Source: Promethearchaeota archaeon (GTDB lineage: Archaea; Asgardarchaeota; Lokiarchaeia; Sigyniarchaeales; SOKP01). Taken from it: 32,000 nucleotides of DNA. Shown piece after piece: positions 18,645 to 27,734 of the stretch. The stretch covers positions 30,001 to 62,000 of the forward strand of contig JAUWGH010000006.1 of the NCBI GenBank assembly GCA_030606485.1. Direction: 5' to 3'. A program made the position numbers and the translations under genes. Numbering within the stretch: position 1 is the stretch's first letter; each line of letters starts with the position of its first letter. The notes under the pieces were generated by a model that worked only from the letters and a program-made list of their open reading frames with translations, did no database searches and was not told the origin of the DNA.

Positions 18645-19676
18645 ATGATTAATCCTTTCGCAAATTTTTATCGTGTCCCGACATCTCAAGAACTTCTAGA
18701 TATTGCTTTTAGTAGAGCTATGAAAAGTAGTGCGGCAGTATCTAAAAATGCCCCTAAAATATTAAAAGCAAGAAAAAAAGAAATTAAAAGAATTCAAGTC
18801 GCAATCAAAGAAATTATAGATAGAATTTTAAAAATTATTAAGATGGTCCCGATTATCCAGGAAATACCCGAATTCTATCGAGAATTGGCCTCATTAATCG
18901 TTAATACTGATGAATTAAGACTAACTCTAGGAAAATTAAATGGTATATTGCCTATCTTAAGTAAAATTGAAAAAGATTATAAAACTCGAATTAAAAATTC
19001 AGAAATCCCCAAAGAAATTGCGAAATATAGACGAGCAGTATTTGGAAGAATATCTTCAATAATAAACAAACAAAAAAAAAGTTTAAATTATTTAAATGAA
19101 ATTAGAGGAGAATTAAGAAGAATACCCTCTATTGATTATGAAATTCCTTCAATAGTTATTGCCGGGTATCCTAATGTAGGAAAGAGTAGTCTTGTAAGAT
19201 TAATTTCGTCAGGAAAACCCGAAGTTCAACCATATCCTTTCACAACTAAAAAGATAATTATCGGACATCATATAGTAGAAAAAAACTATGATATGACTAA
19301 ACTCCAAATAATTGATACTCCAGGGATCTTGGATAGACCTATGTCAAAAAGAAATAAGATTGAATTGCAAGCAATACTAGCTCTAAACTTGATTTCTGAT
19401 GTTATAATTTTCATATTTGACCCTACTCCTGCTTGCGGATATGATATTGATTGTCAGGTGGATTTATATTATGAAATTTGTGATAATTTCTCCAAAGATG
19501 GCAAAATACCAATTATCTTAGTTTTTAATAAAATGGATCTGGCTAATGAGGAGGAAATTCAATTTTTAAAGAATAAATTAAATTTAAATGAAGATGATTT
19601 TTTTCTAATTAATGCTTTAATAAAGGATGAATTCGTAAATAAATTGATTGAATTCGTAATAAATAAATTGACATAA
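18645..19676 (+). CDS. Nog1-family (Obg-like) GTP-binding protein
   Basis: G1 GYPNVGKSS, G2 YPFTTK, G3 DTPG-ILDR, G4 NKMD; helical N-terminal domain with EFYRELA. Start may be 18621 (GTG). Confidence 0.9.
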   Translation: MINPFANFYRVPTSQELLDIAFSRAMKSSAAVSKNAPKILKARKKEIKRIQVAIKEIIDRILKIIKMVPIIQEIPEFYRELASLIVNTDELRLTLGKLNGILPILSKIEKDYKTRIKNSEIPKEIAKYRRAVFGRISSIINKQKKSLNYLNEIRGELRRIPSIDYEIPSIVIAGYPNVGKSSLVRLISSGKPEVQPYPFTTKKIIIGHHIVEKNYDMTKLQIIDTPGILDRPMSKRNKIELQAILALNLISDVIIFIFDPTPACGYDIDCQVDLYYEICDNFSKDGKIPIILVFNKMDLANEEEIQFLKNKLNLNEDDFFLINALIKDEFVNKLIEFVINKLT

Positions 19677-19806
19677 TCTAGGTCCTCCTATTTAAGATAT
19701 TATTGATTTATGTCTTTTTTTTTAAAAAAAATAAAGTAAAGCTATATATATAAGAAAAATAAATGTATTTTCGTTATATCAAAAACCAATTACTATCCTT
19801 AAAACA

Positions 19807-21054
19807 ATGCAATTAGAGATTAAATCACTTTACAAAAATTTTTTTGATTTTGTTATTTGGGATGTAATTAAACCATTATTTAGTGGATTATCAATTAATA
19901 TTCCTTATAATGAATTAAAAAAATCTGTTGGTAAGGTTTTTGTGGAGGGAGCTTTACATTATAAAGTCAATTACGACAATATTTTGGAAATATTAAAGAA
20001 ATATAATCTCCCAATTGCTATTATAGATTATATTATTGATTTATTATCAAAATTTGCTAACCAATTAGATAGTTACTTCTTAAAAAACGTAAATGATATA
20101 AATTCAGTATATAAAGGTAAAGAACTCGAGAATATTTTACATGATTTTAATAATATTATTAATGAATACATCTTAATTTCCTATTTCGATTTAATCGTAT
20201 TAAAACAAGCAACTTCTTTACTCGTTTATGCATCTGATCTTTCATTAGCAGATATATATCAATGCAGAATGGAATTTACAGAGCTACTTAGATCAGCTTT
20301 AGTTAAAGATACATCGTTAATAATTGCGGAACTACTAGAATCGATAAGAGAAAAATTGAGTAGTATTACTGATAACGAAAAAATAATTAATTTAATTATG
20401 ATTCAATTAGCTAGTTTCTTTGAGTGGTTAGTATCTTCTGATGATTTTAATACAATTATTCCCATAATGAAGGAAATTCTCTCGCATGAAGTTATTAATT
20501 ACCATCAAGTTTCTTCCTTAATTCCATCTAATAATTTAAATATTATAACTGAATGGTTTAAACAACAGGTAATTGAAATACCAATAATTCTTTTACAAAA
20601 ATCTTTATCTAATGATTTCACATATGAATGTGGGAACTTAAAACACGATATTTTAGAGATATTCAAATTATTTATAAACGGAACAATAACATATGATATT
20701 CTCGAAAAGAGATTACAAGAAGTTGGAAAAAAATTAGGTTTGGAAAAATTATATAAAATTGAAGAAAATATTTTTGAATTTTTAGAATTAGATCAATCCC
20801 TAGATTTAGTGAAATCTTACCCTCTTCAAAAGATACGCACAAAATTCAACTTTAATTTACCAAAATTTCAAAAACGAGAAAATGATCAAAAATATATTGA
20901 ACAAGTAAATTTAATCATTCTTTATCAAATTTATAATAACAGTTTAACCTATTGTAAGTTTATTGAAGAAGAAAAAGCCATTGACCCATCATTAAAAAGA
21001 TTAATCCAATATATAAAGAGCAAGATTCAAATTACCGAGACTTTATATATCTAG
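19807..21054 (+). CDS. Hypothetical all-alpha protein
   Basis: 415-aa open frame in a very AT-rich context; no family recognised. Confidence 0.55.
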   Translation: MQLEIKSLYKNFFDFVIWDVIKPLFSGLSINIPYNELKKSVGKVFVEGALHYKVNYDNILEILKKYNLPIAIIDYIIDLLSKFANQLDSYFLKNVNDINSVYKGKELENILHDFNNIINEYILISYFDLIVLKQATSLLVYASDLSLADIYQCRMEFTELLRSALVKDTSLIIAELLESIREKLSSITDNEKIINLIMIQLASFFEWLVSSDDFNTIIPIMKEILSHEVINYHQVSSLIPSNNLNIITEWFKQQVIEIPIILLQKSLSNDFTYECGNLKHDILEIFKLFINGTITYDILEKRLQEVGKKLGLEKLYKIEENIFEFLELDQSLDLVKSYPLQKIRTKFNFNLPKFQKRENDQKYIEQVNLIILYQIYNNSLTYCKFIEEEKAIDPSLKRLIQYIKSKIQITETLYI

Positions 21055-21128
21055 ATGATGATTCTTTTTTTAATTTCACAATGGCTTTAAGAAATTAAAA
21101 TATTTTATGTGAATAGTTGAAAATATAT

Positions 21129-22211
21129 ATGACAGACAAGAGATATTTGCTAGGACTTGACATTGGAGGGGCAAATACTAAAGCTGCGTTAGTGGAATTT
21201 GATAATAAAAAGTTAAACAAAATTTTTACTGCTATTAGGTATTACCCATTTTGGGAAAAAACCATAAAAGAATTACCTAATATGCTAAGAAATTTAAGCA
21301 CACAACTGTTAGAAAAGAGTAATATTGATATCAATGATATAAATAAAATTGCAGTTACTATTACAGCCGAGTTGTCTGACGCTTTTCAAACAAAAAGGGA
21401 TGGGATTCAAACCATCTCAAAGGCGCTAAAAAGAGTCTTCGAGTCAGATAAAATAATGGTGATCAACAATCAAAATATATTCCTTAAAGTTCAAGACGCG
21501 TTGGAAAATTATTTAAATGTTGCTGGAGCAAATTGGGTTGCAACAGCTCTATTTATCGGCTCTTATAAGCCGGAATGTATTTTAATTGATGCTGGCTCAA
21601 CAACTATTGATCTTATTCCGATTAAATATGGAAAACCTCAAACAATTGGTAAAGATGATGTTTCAAGAATAATGAATCACGAATTAATTTATACTGGTGC
21701 ATTAAGAGCAACCATTCCCTCAATAACTCATTTTATTCCATTTAAGGGAAAAAGTTGTAGAATTTCATTTGAAAAGTTTGCATTAATTGCAGATGTTCAT
21801 CGCATTTTAGGGCATATTACCGAAGAGGAATATACTTGTGATACTGCAGATAATCGTTCTAAGTCCTTTGATAATTGCTATGCTCGACTTTCACGTATTA
21901 TATGCAGTGATTTAGAGCAAACTACAAAAGATGAGTTGAATTCAATTGCCAACTATATATATCAAGCTCAGCTTAAAATTATTATGGATGAAATTCAGTT
22001 GTTTATGGAACTAACATCTTATAGACTGCCAGATTTAACGCAAAATCCATTATTTATTACAACGGGTTTAGGTGAGACATTTTTAATAAATACTGCGCTA
22101 AGTAATTTAGGATATAATAATATGGTAAGCTTTTCAGACATAATCAAGTTTCCAGATAACGTGATATCCTCCGCTATTGCTGTTGCGGGGGCATTAAATC
22201 TATTTATATAA
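21129..22211 (+). CDS. mfnF: MfnF-like H4MPT/methanofuran-linked C1 protein (hydantoinase/oxoprolinase family)
   Basis: LGLDIGGANTK, TAELSDAFQTKRDG, ANWVATA, LIDAGSTTIDLIPI, ELIYTG, FALIADVH, CDTAD, ARLSRIICSD. Confidence 0.85.
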   Translation: MTDKRYLLGLDIGGANTKAALVEFDNKKLNKIFTAIRYYPFWEKTIKELPNMLRNLSTQLLEKSNIDINDINKIAVTITAELSDAFQTKRDGIQTISKALKRVFESDKIMVINNQNIFLKVQDALENYLNVAGANWVATALFIGSYKPECILIDAGSTTIDLIPIKYGKPQTIGKDDVSRIMNHELIYTGALRATIPSITHFIPFKGKSCRISFEKFALIADVHRILGHITEEEYTCDTADNRSKSFDNCYARLSRIICSDLEQTTKDELNSIANYIYQAQLKIIMDEIQLFMELTSYRLPDLTQNPLFITTGLGETFLINTALSNLGYNNMVSFSDIIKFPDNVISSAIAVAGALNLFI

Positions 22212-22231
22212 AAAATTGTTGATATTTATAG

Positions 22232-23005
22232 ATGATTGATAATGTTCTTCTATTTAAAATCGGAGGAAAAATAATCGATAACAAGACTGATTTAGATAAT
22301 ACTATCTCCCAATTACGTGCCATTAAAGAAATTAAACCGTCGATAAAATCAATAATTCTAATAGCTGGAGGGGGCTCTAATGTTGATGAAATTCGAAAAT
22401 CCTATAAAAGAGGAGAAATCAATGATGAGGTTGCGCATTGGCAAGCAATTAAAATTATGGATCTGAATGCTATAAAAATTCAAGATCTCAATAAAGATTT
22501 TACTCTTACTGATTCATTCATTGAATTAACAAGGTTAGTGTCGTCATCTGGACAGTTTAAAATAATTAATTTTCCAACCTTTAAATATCTAAAAAGAAAT
22601 GATGAGCTTCCCCATAACTGGAAAACTACTTCAGATTCGATTTCATATTTTATAGCCAGTAAATTGAATCTCTTAAAATGTTTTTTAATTAAAGATCTAG
22701 ATGGAATTTATCTCAAAGACGGTAAAAAAATAATAAAGAATTTATCAATAAATGATTTTCAAAAATTTCAAAAAAACGATCTATTATTCAATCCTATAAT
22801 CTATGGGATTAAAAAGCAATTTTTTTCTCTAAAGAAGCAATCAACCCCGATTGACTCATATTTATTAACTTTAATTAAAGAGTATAAATTAGATTGTATT
22901 ATATTAAATGGAAAAAAGCCATCTACAAATATTACAAAATATTTTCAATCTATAAACGAAGATGAGAAAGTTTATACAAAATTATACTGCGACGCTTCAA
23001 GGTAG
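22232..23005 (+). CDS. mfnE: Amino-acid-kinase family protein, MfnE-like
   Basis: KIGG, IAGGG...DEIR, AHWQAIKIMD, LPHNWKTTSDSI, KDLDGIY; directly downstream of mfnF-like. Confidence 0.75.
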   Translation: MIDNVLLFKIGGKIIDNKTDLDNTISQLRAIKEIKPSIKSIILIAGGGSNVDEIRKSYKRGEINDEVAHWQAIKIMDLNAIKIQDLNKDFTLTDSFIELTRLVSSSGQFKIINFPTFKYLKRNDELPHNWKTTSDSISYFIASKLNLLKCFLIKDLDGIYLKDGKKIIKNLSINDFQKFQKNDLLFNPIIYGIKKQFFSLKKQSTPIDSYLLTLIKEYKLDCIILNGKKPSTNITKYFQSINEDEKVYTKLYCDASR

Positions 23006-23011
23006 CGGAGA

Positions 23012-23429
23012 TATCACGCATAGATCAAACCGAAAGATTAATCTCTTTAAAGCATTGACAGCAAGGAATCCCTATAATAATTTTATTTTTATAAGTTTTT
23101 GATTTATGCATTAATTTTAACAAATTTTCTTTTAATTTTTTCGCAAATTTAGTTTCTTCAAAATAAAACCTCATTAAATCATCTTTATGATTTTCTCCTT
23201 TACAAATAGGACAAATAGAATAAAATTCTAAGAAATTATCACAAATTTTCTTTTCTTCATCAGATAAGGCTTCATAGTCCTGATTAACAGCAAATGTATC
23301 TTCAAATAATATTTCTTGTATTCTTTCAATATCTACTAGCATTTGCTCTCTAATCAAAGTTATAGTGTCAATATCTCCCTCATGATTTTCCTCTGATTCA
23401 AATGGATTCGAAGAAAAATAAGACATATC
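23012..23429. repeat. Direct repeat copy 1 (418 bp)
   Basis: Aligns without gaps to 27252-27669 (offset 4240). 26 mismatches by manual count, about 94% identity. Confidence 0.97.
23025..23426 (-). CDS. Small Cys-rich (CPIC...CCQC) putative Zn-binding protein, copy 1
   Basis: 133 aa from ATG 23426, matching the start of copy 2. The ORF-track extension to 23492 lies outside the repeat and is probably not coding. Confidence 0.8.
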   Translation of the reverse strand: MSYFSSNPFESEENHEGDIDTITLIREQMLVDIERIQEILFEDTFAVNQDYEALSDEEKKICDNFLEFYSICPICKGENHKDDLMRFYFEETKFAKKLKENLLKLMHKSKTYKNKIIIGIPCCQCFKEINLSV

Positions 23430-23618
23430 TATAAATATCCATATATTTTTAAAATATGAACTTATGAAAAACAGGTTATTAATATGAACCATTAAAATTA
23501 AGTAGTTTTTTATTCATATATAAGAAAATGGTCATAAAACATATAAAAGAAACCGAATTTCAAACAAGTTCTGAAATGACGGTCTAATGGGCTTATTTTA
23601 ATATCATCTACACATGTA

Positions 23619-23674
23619 TAGATTTATACATTTTTCAATTTCGAATTATACAGAGAGATAAATCGATTTATACA
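23619..23674 (+). promoter_or_regulatory. Three 12-bp direct repeats at exact 22-bp spacing, candidate regulator-binding array
   Basis: TAGATTTATACA (23619), TCGAATTATACA (23641), TCGATTTATACA (23663). Confidence 0.5.
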
Positions 23675-23938
23675 AAGATATAAACTTGTGAAAAATGATA
23701 AAAGCAAGGTTTAGAAAAGTGCTTGGCTTCGCTTGATTCCAAATGGACAAGTTTAATAGAGAATCTTATACTAAAAAAAAAAATTATTAAAGGAGGTAAA
23801 GCTGGTTCATCCTAATAATATTGAGTTTATATAAACTTTAAACGAATAGTTAAATAGTTCAAAGAAGATAAAATTTTTAAGATCAAAAATATATCTGTCC
23901 AAAAAAAAAATAAATAAAAATATTAAGTGATTAGTATA

Positions 23939-25276
23939 ATGAGTGAAGAAAACGAACAAAAGCAGAGTAAAATCCAAGTGAGAAGAATTGGAAAACGTAA
24001 TATTTTGTCCATTCTCTTCTTAGGAACCGCAGGACAAATTGCCTGGGTTGTTGAAAATAGCTGGTTCAATACATTTGTGTACGATCGGATTACGACCGAT
24101 CCAACACCGATTGCGTGGATGGTAGCAGTAAGTGCAATAACTGCTACTCTTACCACAATTTTAATGGGCGTTCTTAGCGATCGAACTTCTGGGAAATGGG
24201 GTAAAAGAAAACCTTACATTGTCTTTGGATACATTCTTTGGGGCGTAATAACAGCAATCTATCCAATGGTAGAATGGATTCAAACGATTGGGATTGCTGT
24301 TATAATGGTAATCATTACCGATGCAATCATGACCTTTTTTGGCTCAACGGCAAACGATGCTGCGTATAATGCTTGGATAACGGACATAGGACATTCGAGT
24401 AATCGTAATCGAATACAAAGTATTAATAATATAACGGTATATATTGCAGCTATGATTGCATTTGGTGCTGCAGGAGTAATTATAGATATCTTCGGGTATT
24501 TCGTGTTTTTCTACATTCTAGGGGGGATAGTAACTTCCACTGGTTTGATTGCTGCATTTTTAATTGAATCTACTCCAATAAAAAAAGATGAAATTAAATT
24601 TGAAAAGTCATTACTCAAAGAATTTGCTGATCTCATGAATCCTAAAATTCTGAAAGAAAATCGCATTCTTTTCTTGCTGTTTCTGTGCATGGCTTTAGCG
24701 GGTATAGGAAGCCAAGTTTACATGCCTTATCTCTTCATATTCATGGAAAATTACGTTGGTTTCTCAAAAACGGAACTAGGTCTTTTTATGGCGCTTTTCT
24801 TGCTTCTCACGATAGTCGTATTGGTTATTGTGGGTATTTTTAGTCATCGATTTAACCGCAAGACTTTGGTCGTAATTGGCTCGATCTTGGGGGCAATAGG
24901 AACGATTATATTAGGGTTCACATCATTTCTAGTTAAAGGAAATAGTTCTCTAGCAGTAGTGATATTCCTCCTTTATTTTGTGGCAACTATACCAGCGCTA
25001 ATATCTCAAGTTGCGCATGGAGGGTGGCTTCTTGATAAATATCCTGAAGGAGATATTGGAAAATTTCAAGGCATTCGCATGATTTTCATGGTTCTATTAC
25101 CCATGGTTATAGGAGCTCCGATTGGATCGGCTATCATAAGCACATTTGGAATCCCTATAGCTGATGGATACATTCCGACACCTGAGATATTCATTTTTGG
25201 AGGGCTAATTTCGCTATTGTCGGTGATTCCAATATTATTTATTAGTAAATCCGAAGGACAAATAAAACTTGATTAA
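23939..25276 (+). CDS. MFS transporter, probably sugar/glycoside:cation symporter
   Basis: About 12 TM; GVLSDRT...GKRKPYI motif, DAAYNAWITD, HRFNRK, GKFQGIRM. Start may be GTG 23927. Confidence 0.88.
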   Translation: MSEENEQKQSKIQVRRIGKRNILSILFLGTAGQIAWVVENSWFNTFVYDRITTDPTPIAWMVAVSAITATLTTILMGVLSDRTSGKWGKRKPYIVFGYILWGVITAIYPMVEWIQTIGIAVIMVIITDAIMTFFGSTANDAAYNAWITDIGHSSNRNRIQSINNITVYIAAMIAFGAAGVIIDIFGYFVFFYILGGIVTSTGLIAAFLIESTPIKKDEIKFEKSLLKEFADLMNPKILKENRILFLLFLCMALAGIGSQVYMPYLFIFMENYVGFSKTELGLFMALFLLLTIVVLVIVGIFSHRFNRKTLVVIGSILGAIGTIILGFTSFLVKGNSSLAVVIFLLYFVATIPALISQVAHGGWLLDKYPEGDIGKFQGIRMIFMVLLPMVIGAPIGSAIISTFGIPIADGYIPTPEIFIFGGLISLLSVIPILFISKSEGQIKLD

Positions 25277-25310
25277 TTTCAGTGATTTATCAACATTTTA
25301 AAATATTTAA

Positions 25311-27239
25311 ATGGGAAAAATCTTGAATTCATTAGAAAAAAAAGAGATTCCAAGACCAGAATATCCCAGACCGCAATTTGTTAGGAAAGATAATTGGATA
25401 AATCTTAACGGAGAATGGAATTTTGCCTTTGATGATTCAGACACGGGCTTGAAAGAAAGATGGAACAAAAAGGAACAAAAAGGTAAATTTGACAAGAAAA
25501 TTGTCGTTCCGTTTTGCTTTCAAAGCAAGTTGAGTGGAATAGAAGATACATCTTTTCACGATACTGTTTGGTACCGAAAAGAATTCGCAGTACCCGAAGA
25601 ATTTATGAATGAAAGAGTTTTATTGAACTTTGGAGCAGTAGATTATTCCTGTGCCGTTTATTTAAATGGGGAATCAATAGGAACGCACGAAGGTGGATAT
25701 ATCGGATTTACTTTAGATGTGTCCGATTTTATAGAAAAAAACAACGTCCTCGTTGTAAGAGTACAAGATCCGAGTACAGATTTAGAGATACCTAGGGGAA
25801 AACAATTTTGGTACGAAAAATTACAACACATTTTCTATCCTCGCGTCACTGGGCTCTGGCAGACAGTCTGGTTAGAAGCCGTTTCCAGAGATTATCGCAT
25901 TGAAGGGTTGAAATTAACCCCAGATGTGGATAAATCTAACATTATCATTGAGTGTGAAGTTGATGGAGTTGGAGTAGGTTTCCCTGAGCTATCCTTATTA
26001 GCAGAAATATTTTTTGAGAACGATAAAATCAACGAAATTGATATCAGTCTAAATTCTCTTGGAAATGCAAAAATAAAAAGGGATAAAAAGTTAATCAAGG
26101 CGAAAAGTCTTACCGGAAAGTTGGTAAATCCTAATCGATTTAAATTTAAAATCTCAATTCCTAAAAACGCATTACATTTATGGGATGTAGAAAACCCCAA
26201 CTTGTATGATATTATAATAAAGATATGTAATAAATCTTCAAAAGAAATTCATGACGAAGTAAAGTCCTATTTTGGCATGAGAAAGATTTCTTTATCGGAA
26301 AGCCCAGAAGAGGTATCAAAACTGAATGATGAGCAAAACGATATAGTGAGTTTTAATCGACAAGTTCTATTGAATGATACACCAATCTATCAAAAATTAT
26401 TTTTGGTTCAAGGATATTGGCCAGACGGTTTATATACAGCGCCTTCAGACGATGCAATAAAGTTAGACATACAATATATAAAGGGTTTTGGGTTTAATGG
26501 ATTAAGAACTCATCAAAAAGCGTTTGATCCCCGGTTTTTATATTGGTGCGATAAAATGGGCGTGCTGGTTTGGGGCGAAATAGGAAACGCTTATCAATTC
26601 TCTACACGATCTCAACTAAGATTAATCAATGAATTTGCAGCTGAAATAGAACGAGATTATAACCACCCTTCGATCATTGCCTGGACGGTTTTAAACGAAT
26701 CCTGGGGCGTCCCCGGAGCAGATAGAGATGAAAGAAAGAGAGATTATACACTCTCTTTATATTACTTGATGAAATCTATTGATCCAACGCGCCTCATTGT
26801 TGATGATGATGGCTGGTTTCATTGTGTAAGCGACATGTGCACAATACATTATTATTCGGCGGGTGAATTCATTCCTAAATCGTTTGAAGACGGGATACGG
26901 AGTTTTAAAAAAGCAAGACCTAAAATTTATCTCAAACCTTATGAATATAACGGTGAGCCAATAATATATAGCGAAATAGGTGGTTTTGGCTACGATTTAC
27001 ACGGAGAGATAAAAGAAAAGTGGGGTTATGGAAATACATTACAAGATTCAGAAGAATTATATACAAAAGTCTTAGAATTATTGAAGGAATTCGATAAAAG
27101 AAAAGAATGGATTCACGGCTTCTGCTATACAGAACTCTACGACCAGTTTCAAGAAATCAATGGCTTATTGACATTTGATAGAGAACCTAAATTTGAACCG
27201 TTGAAATTGAAAAAAGAGTTGGATAAGATGTTCTATTAA
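25311..27239 (+). CDS. Glycoside hydrolase family 2 (beta-galactosidase/glucuronidase-like)
   Basis: RPEYPRPQF, LNGEW, FGAVDY, HEGGY, RGKQ, GLWQTVWLE, YFGMR, GFNGLRTHQK, NHPSII.W...NESWG (acid/base Glu), SEIGG (candidate nucleophile), GFCYTELYD. Confidence 0.92.
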   Translation: MGKILNSLEKKEIPRPEYPRPQFVRKDNWINLNGEWNFAFDDSDTGLKERWNKKEQKGKFDKKIVVPFCFQSKLSGIEDTSFHDTVWYRKEFAVPEEFMNERVLLNFGAVDYSCAVYLNGESIGTHEGGYIGFTLDVSDFIEKNNVLVVRVQDPSTDLEIPRGKQFWYEKLQHIFYPRVTGLWQTVWLEAVSRDYRIEGLKLTPDVDKSNIIIECEVDGVGVGFPELSLLAEIFFENDKINEIDISLNSLGNAKIKRDKKLIKAKSLTGKLVNPNRFKFKISIPKNALHLWDVENPNLYDIIIKICNKSSKEIHDEVKSYFGMRKISLSESPEEVSKLNDEQNDIVSFNRQVLLNDTPIYQKLFLVQGYWPDGLYTAPSDDAIKLDIQYIKGFGFNGLRTHQKAFDPRFLYWCDKMGVLVWGEIGNAYQFSTRSQLRLINEFAAEIERDYNHPSIIAWTVLNESWGVPGADRDERKRDYTLSLYYLMKSIDPTRLIVDDDGWFHCVSDMCTIHYYSAGEFIPKSFEDGIRSFKKARPKIYLKPYEYNGEPIIYSEIGGFGYDLHGEIKEKWGYGNTLQDSEELYTKVLELLKEFDKRKEWIHGFCYTELYDQFQEINGLLTFDREPKFEPLKLKKELDKMFY

Positions 27240-27251
27240 ATATTAATGAGC

Positions 27252-27669
27252 TATCACGCATAGATCAAACCGAAGGATTAATCTTTTTAAAGCATTGACA
27301 GCAAGGAATCCCTATAATAATTTTATTTTTATAATTTTTTGATTTATGCATTAATTTTAACAAATTTTCTTTTAATTTTTTCGCAAATTCAGTTTCTTCA
27401 AAATAAAACCTCATTAAATCATCTTTATGATTTTCTCCTTTACAAATAGGACAAATAGAATAAAATTCTAAGAAATTATCACATATTTTCTTTTCTTTAT
27501 CAGATAGGTTTTCATAATCCGGACCAACAACATATGTATCATCAAATAATATTGCTTGTATTCTTTCAATATCTGTAATCATTTGTTCTCTAATCAAAGT
27601 TATAGTGTCAATATCTCCCTCATGATTTTCATCTGATTCAAACGGATTTAAAGAAAAATAAGACATATC
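27252..27669. repeat. Direct repeat copy 2 (418 bp)
   Basis: Ungapped match to 23012-23429. Confidence 0.97.
27265..27666 (-). CDS. Small Cys-rich (CPIC...CCQC) putative Zn-binding protein, copy 2
   Basis: 133-aa paralogue of 23025-23426; both CxxC pairs are identical in the two copies. Confidence 0.85.
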   Translation of the reverse strand: MSYFSLNPFESDENHEGDIDTITLIREQMITDIERIQAILFDDTYVVGPDYENLSDKEKKICDNFLEFYSICPICKGENHKDDLMRFYFEETEFAKKLKENLLKLMHKSKNYKNKIIIGIPCCQCFKKINPSV

Positions 27670-27734
27670 AATATTTTAGAAAACAATTTAATTAAATAAA
27701 TTTTAGTTTCTCTTTTCTTTATTCAAATTGGGAA

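Noticed and set aside
19807-21054. Possible globin-like or CZB zinc-binding repeats (YQCRM, YECGN)
   Set aside because: The similarity is too weak and the required His/Cys ligand spacing is not present.
22221-23439. Identical inverted 13-mer GATATTTATAGAT just before the starts of mfnE and small-gene copy 1
   Set aside because: AT-rich 13-mer with no target-site duplication or recombinase, and absent at copy 2. Likely chance or generic promoter sequence.
23427-23492. 22-aa N-terminal extension of small-gene copy 1 in the ORF track
   Set aside because: Homology to copy 2 stops 3 nt upstream of the internal ATG, and the extension covers a TATA-like tract.
23695-23815. Possible pseudogene remnant or small ORF with an AAGGAGGT RBS-like sequence
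   Set aside because: Open frames are under 40 codons, no start codon is correctly spaced after the RBS-like motif, and no family is recognisable.
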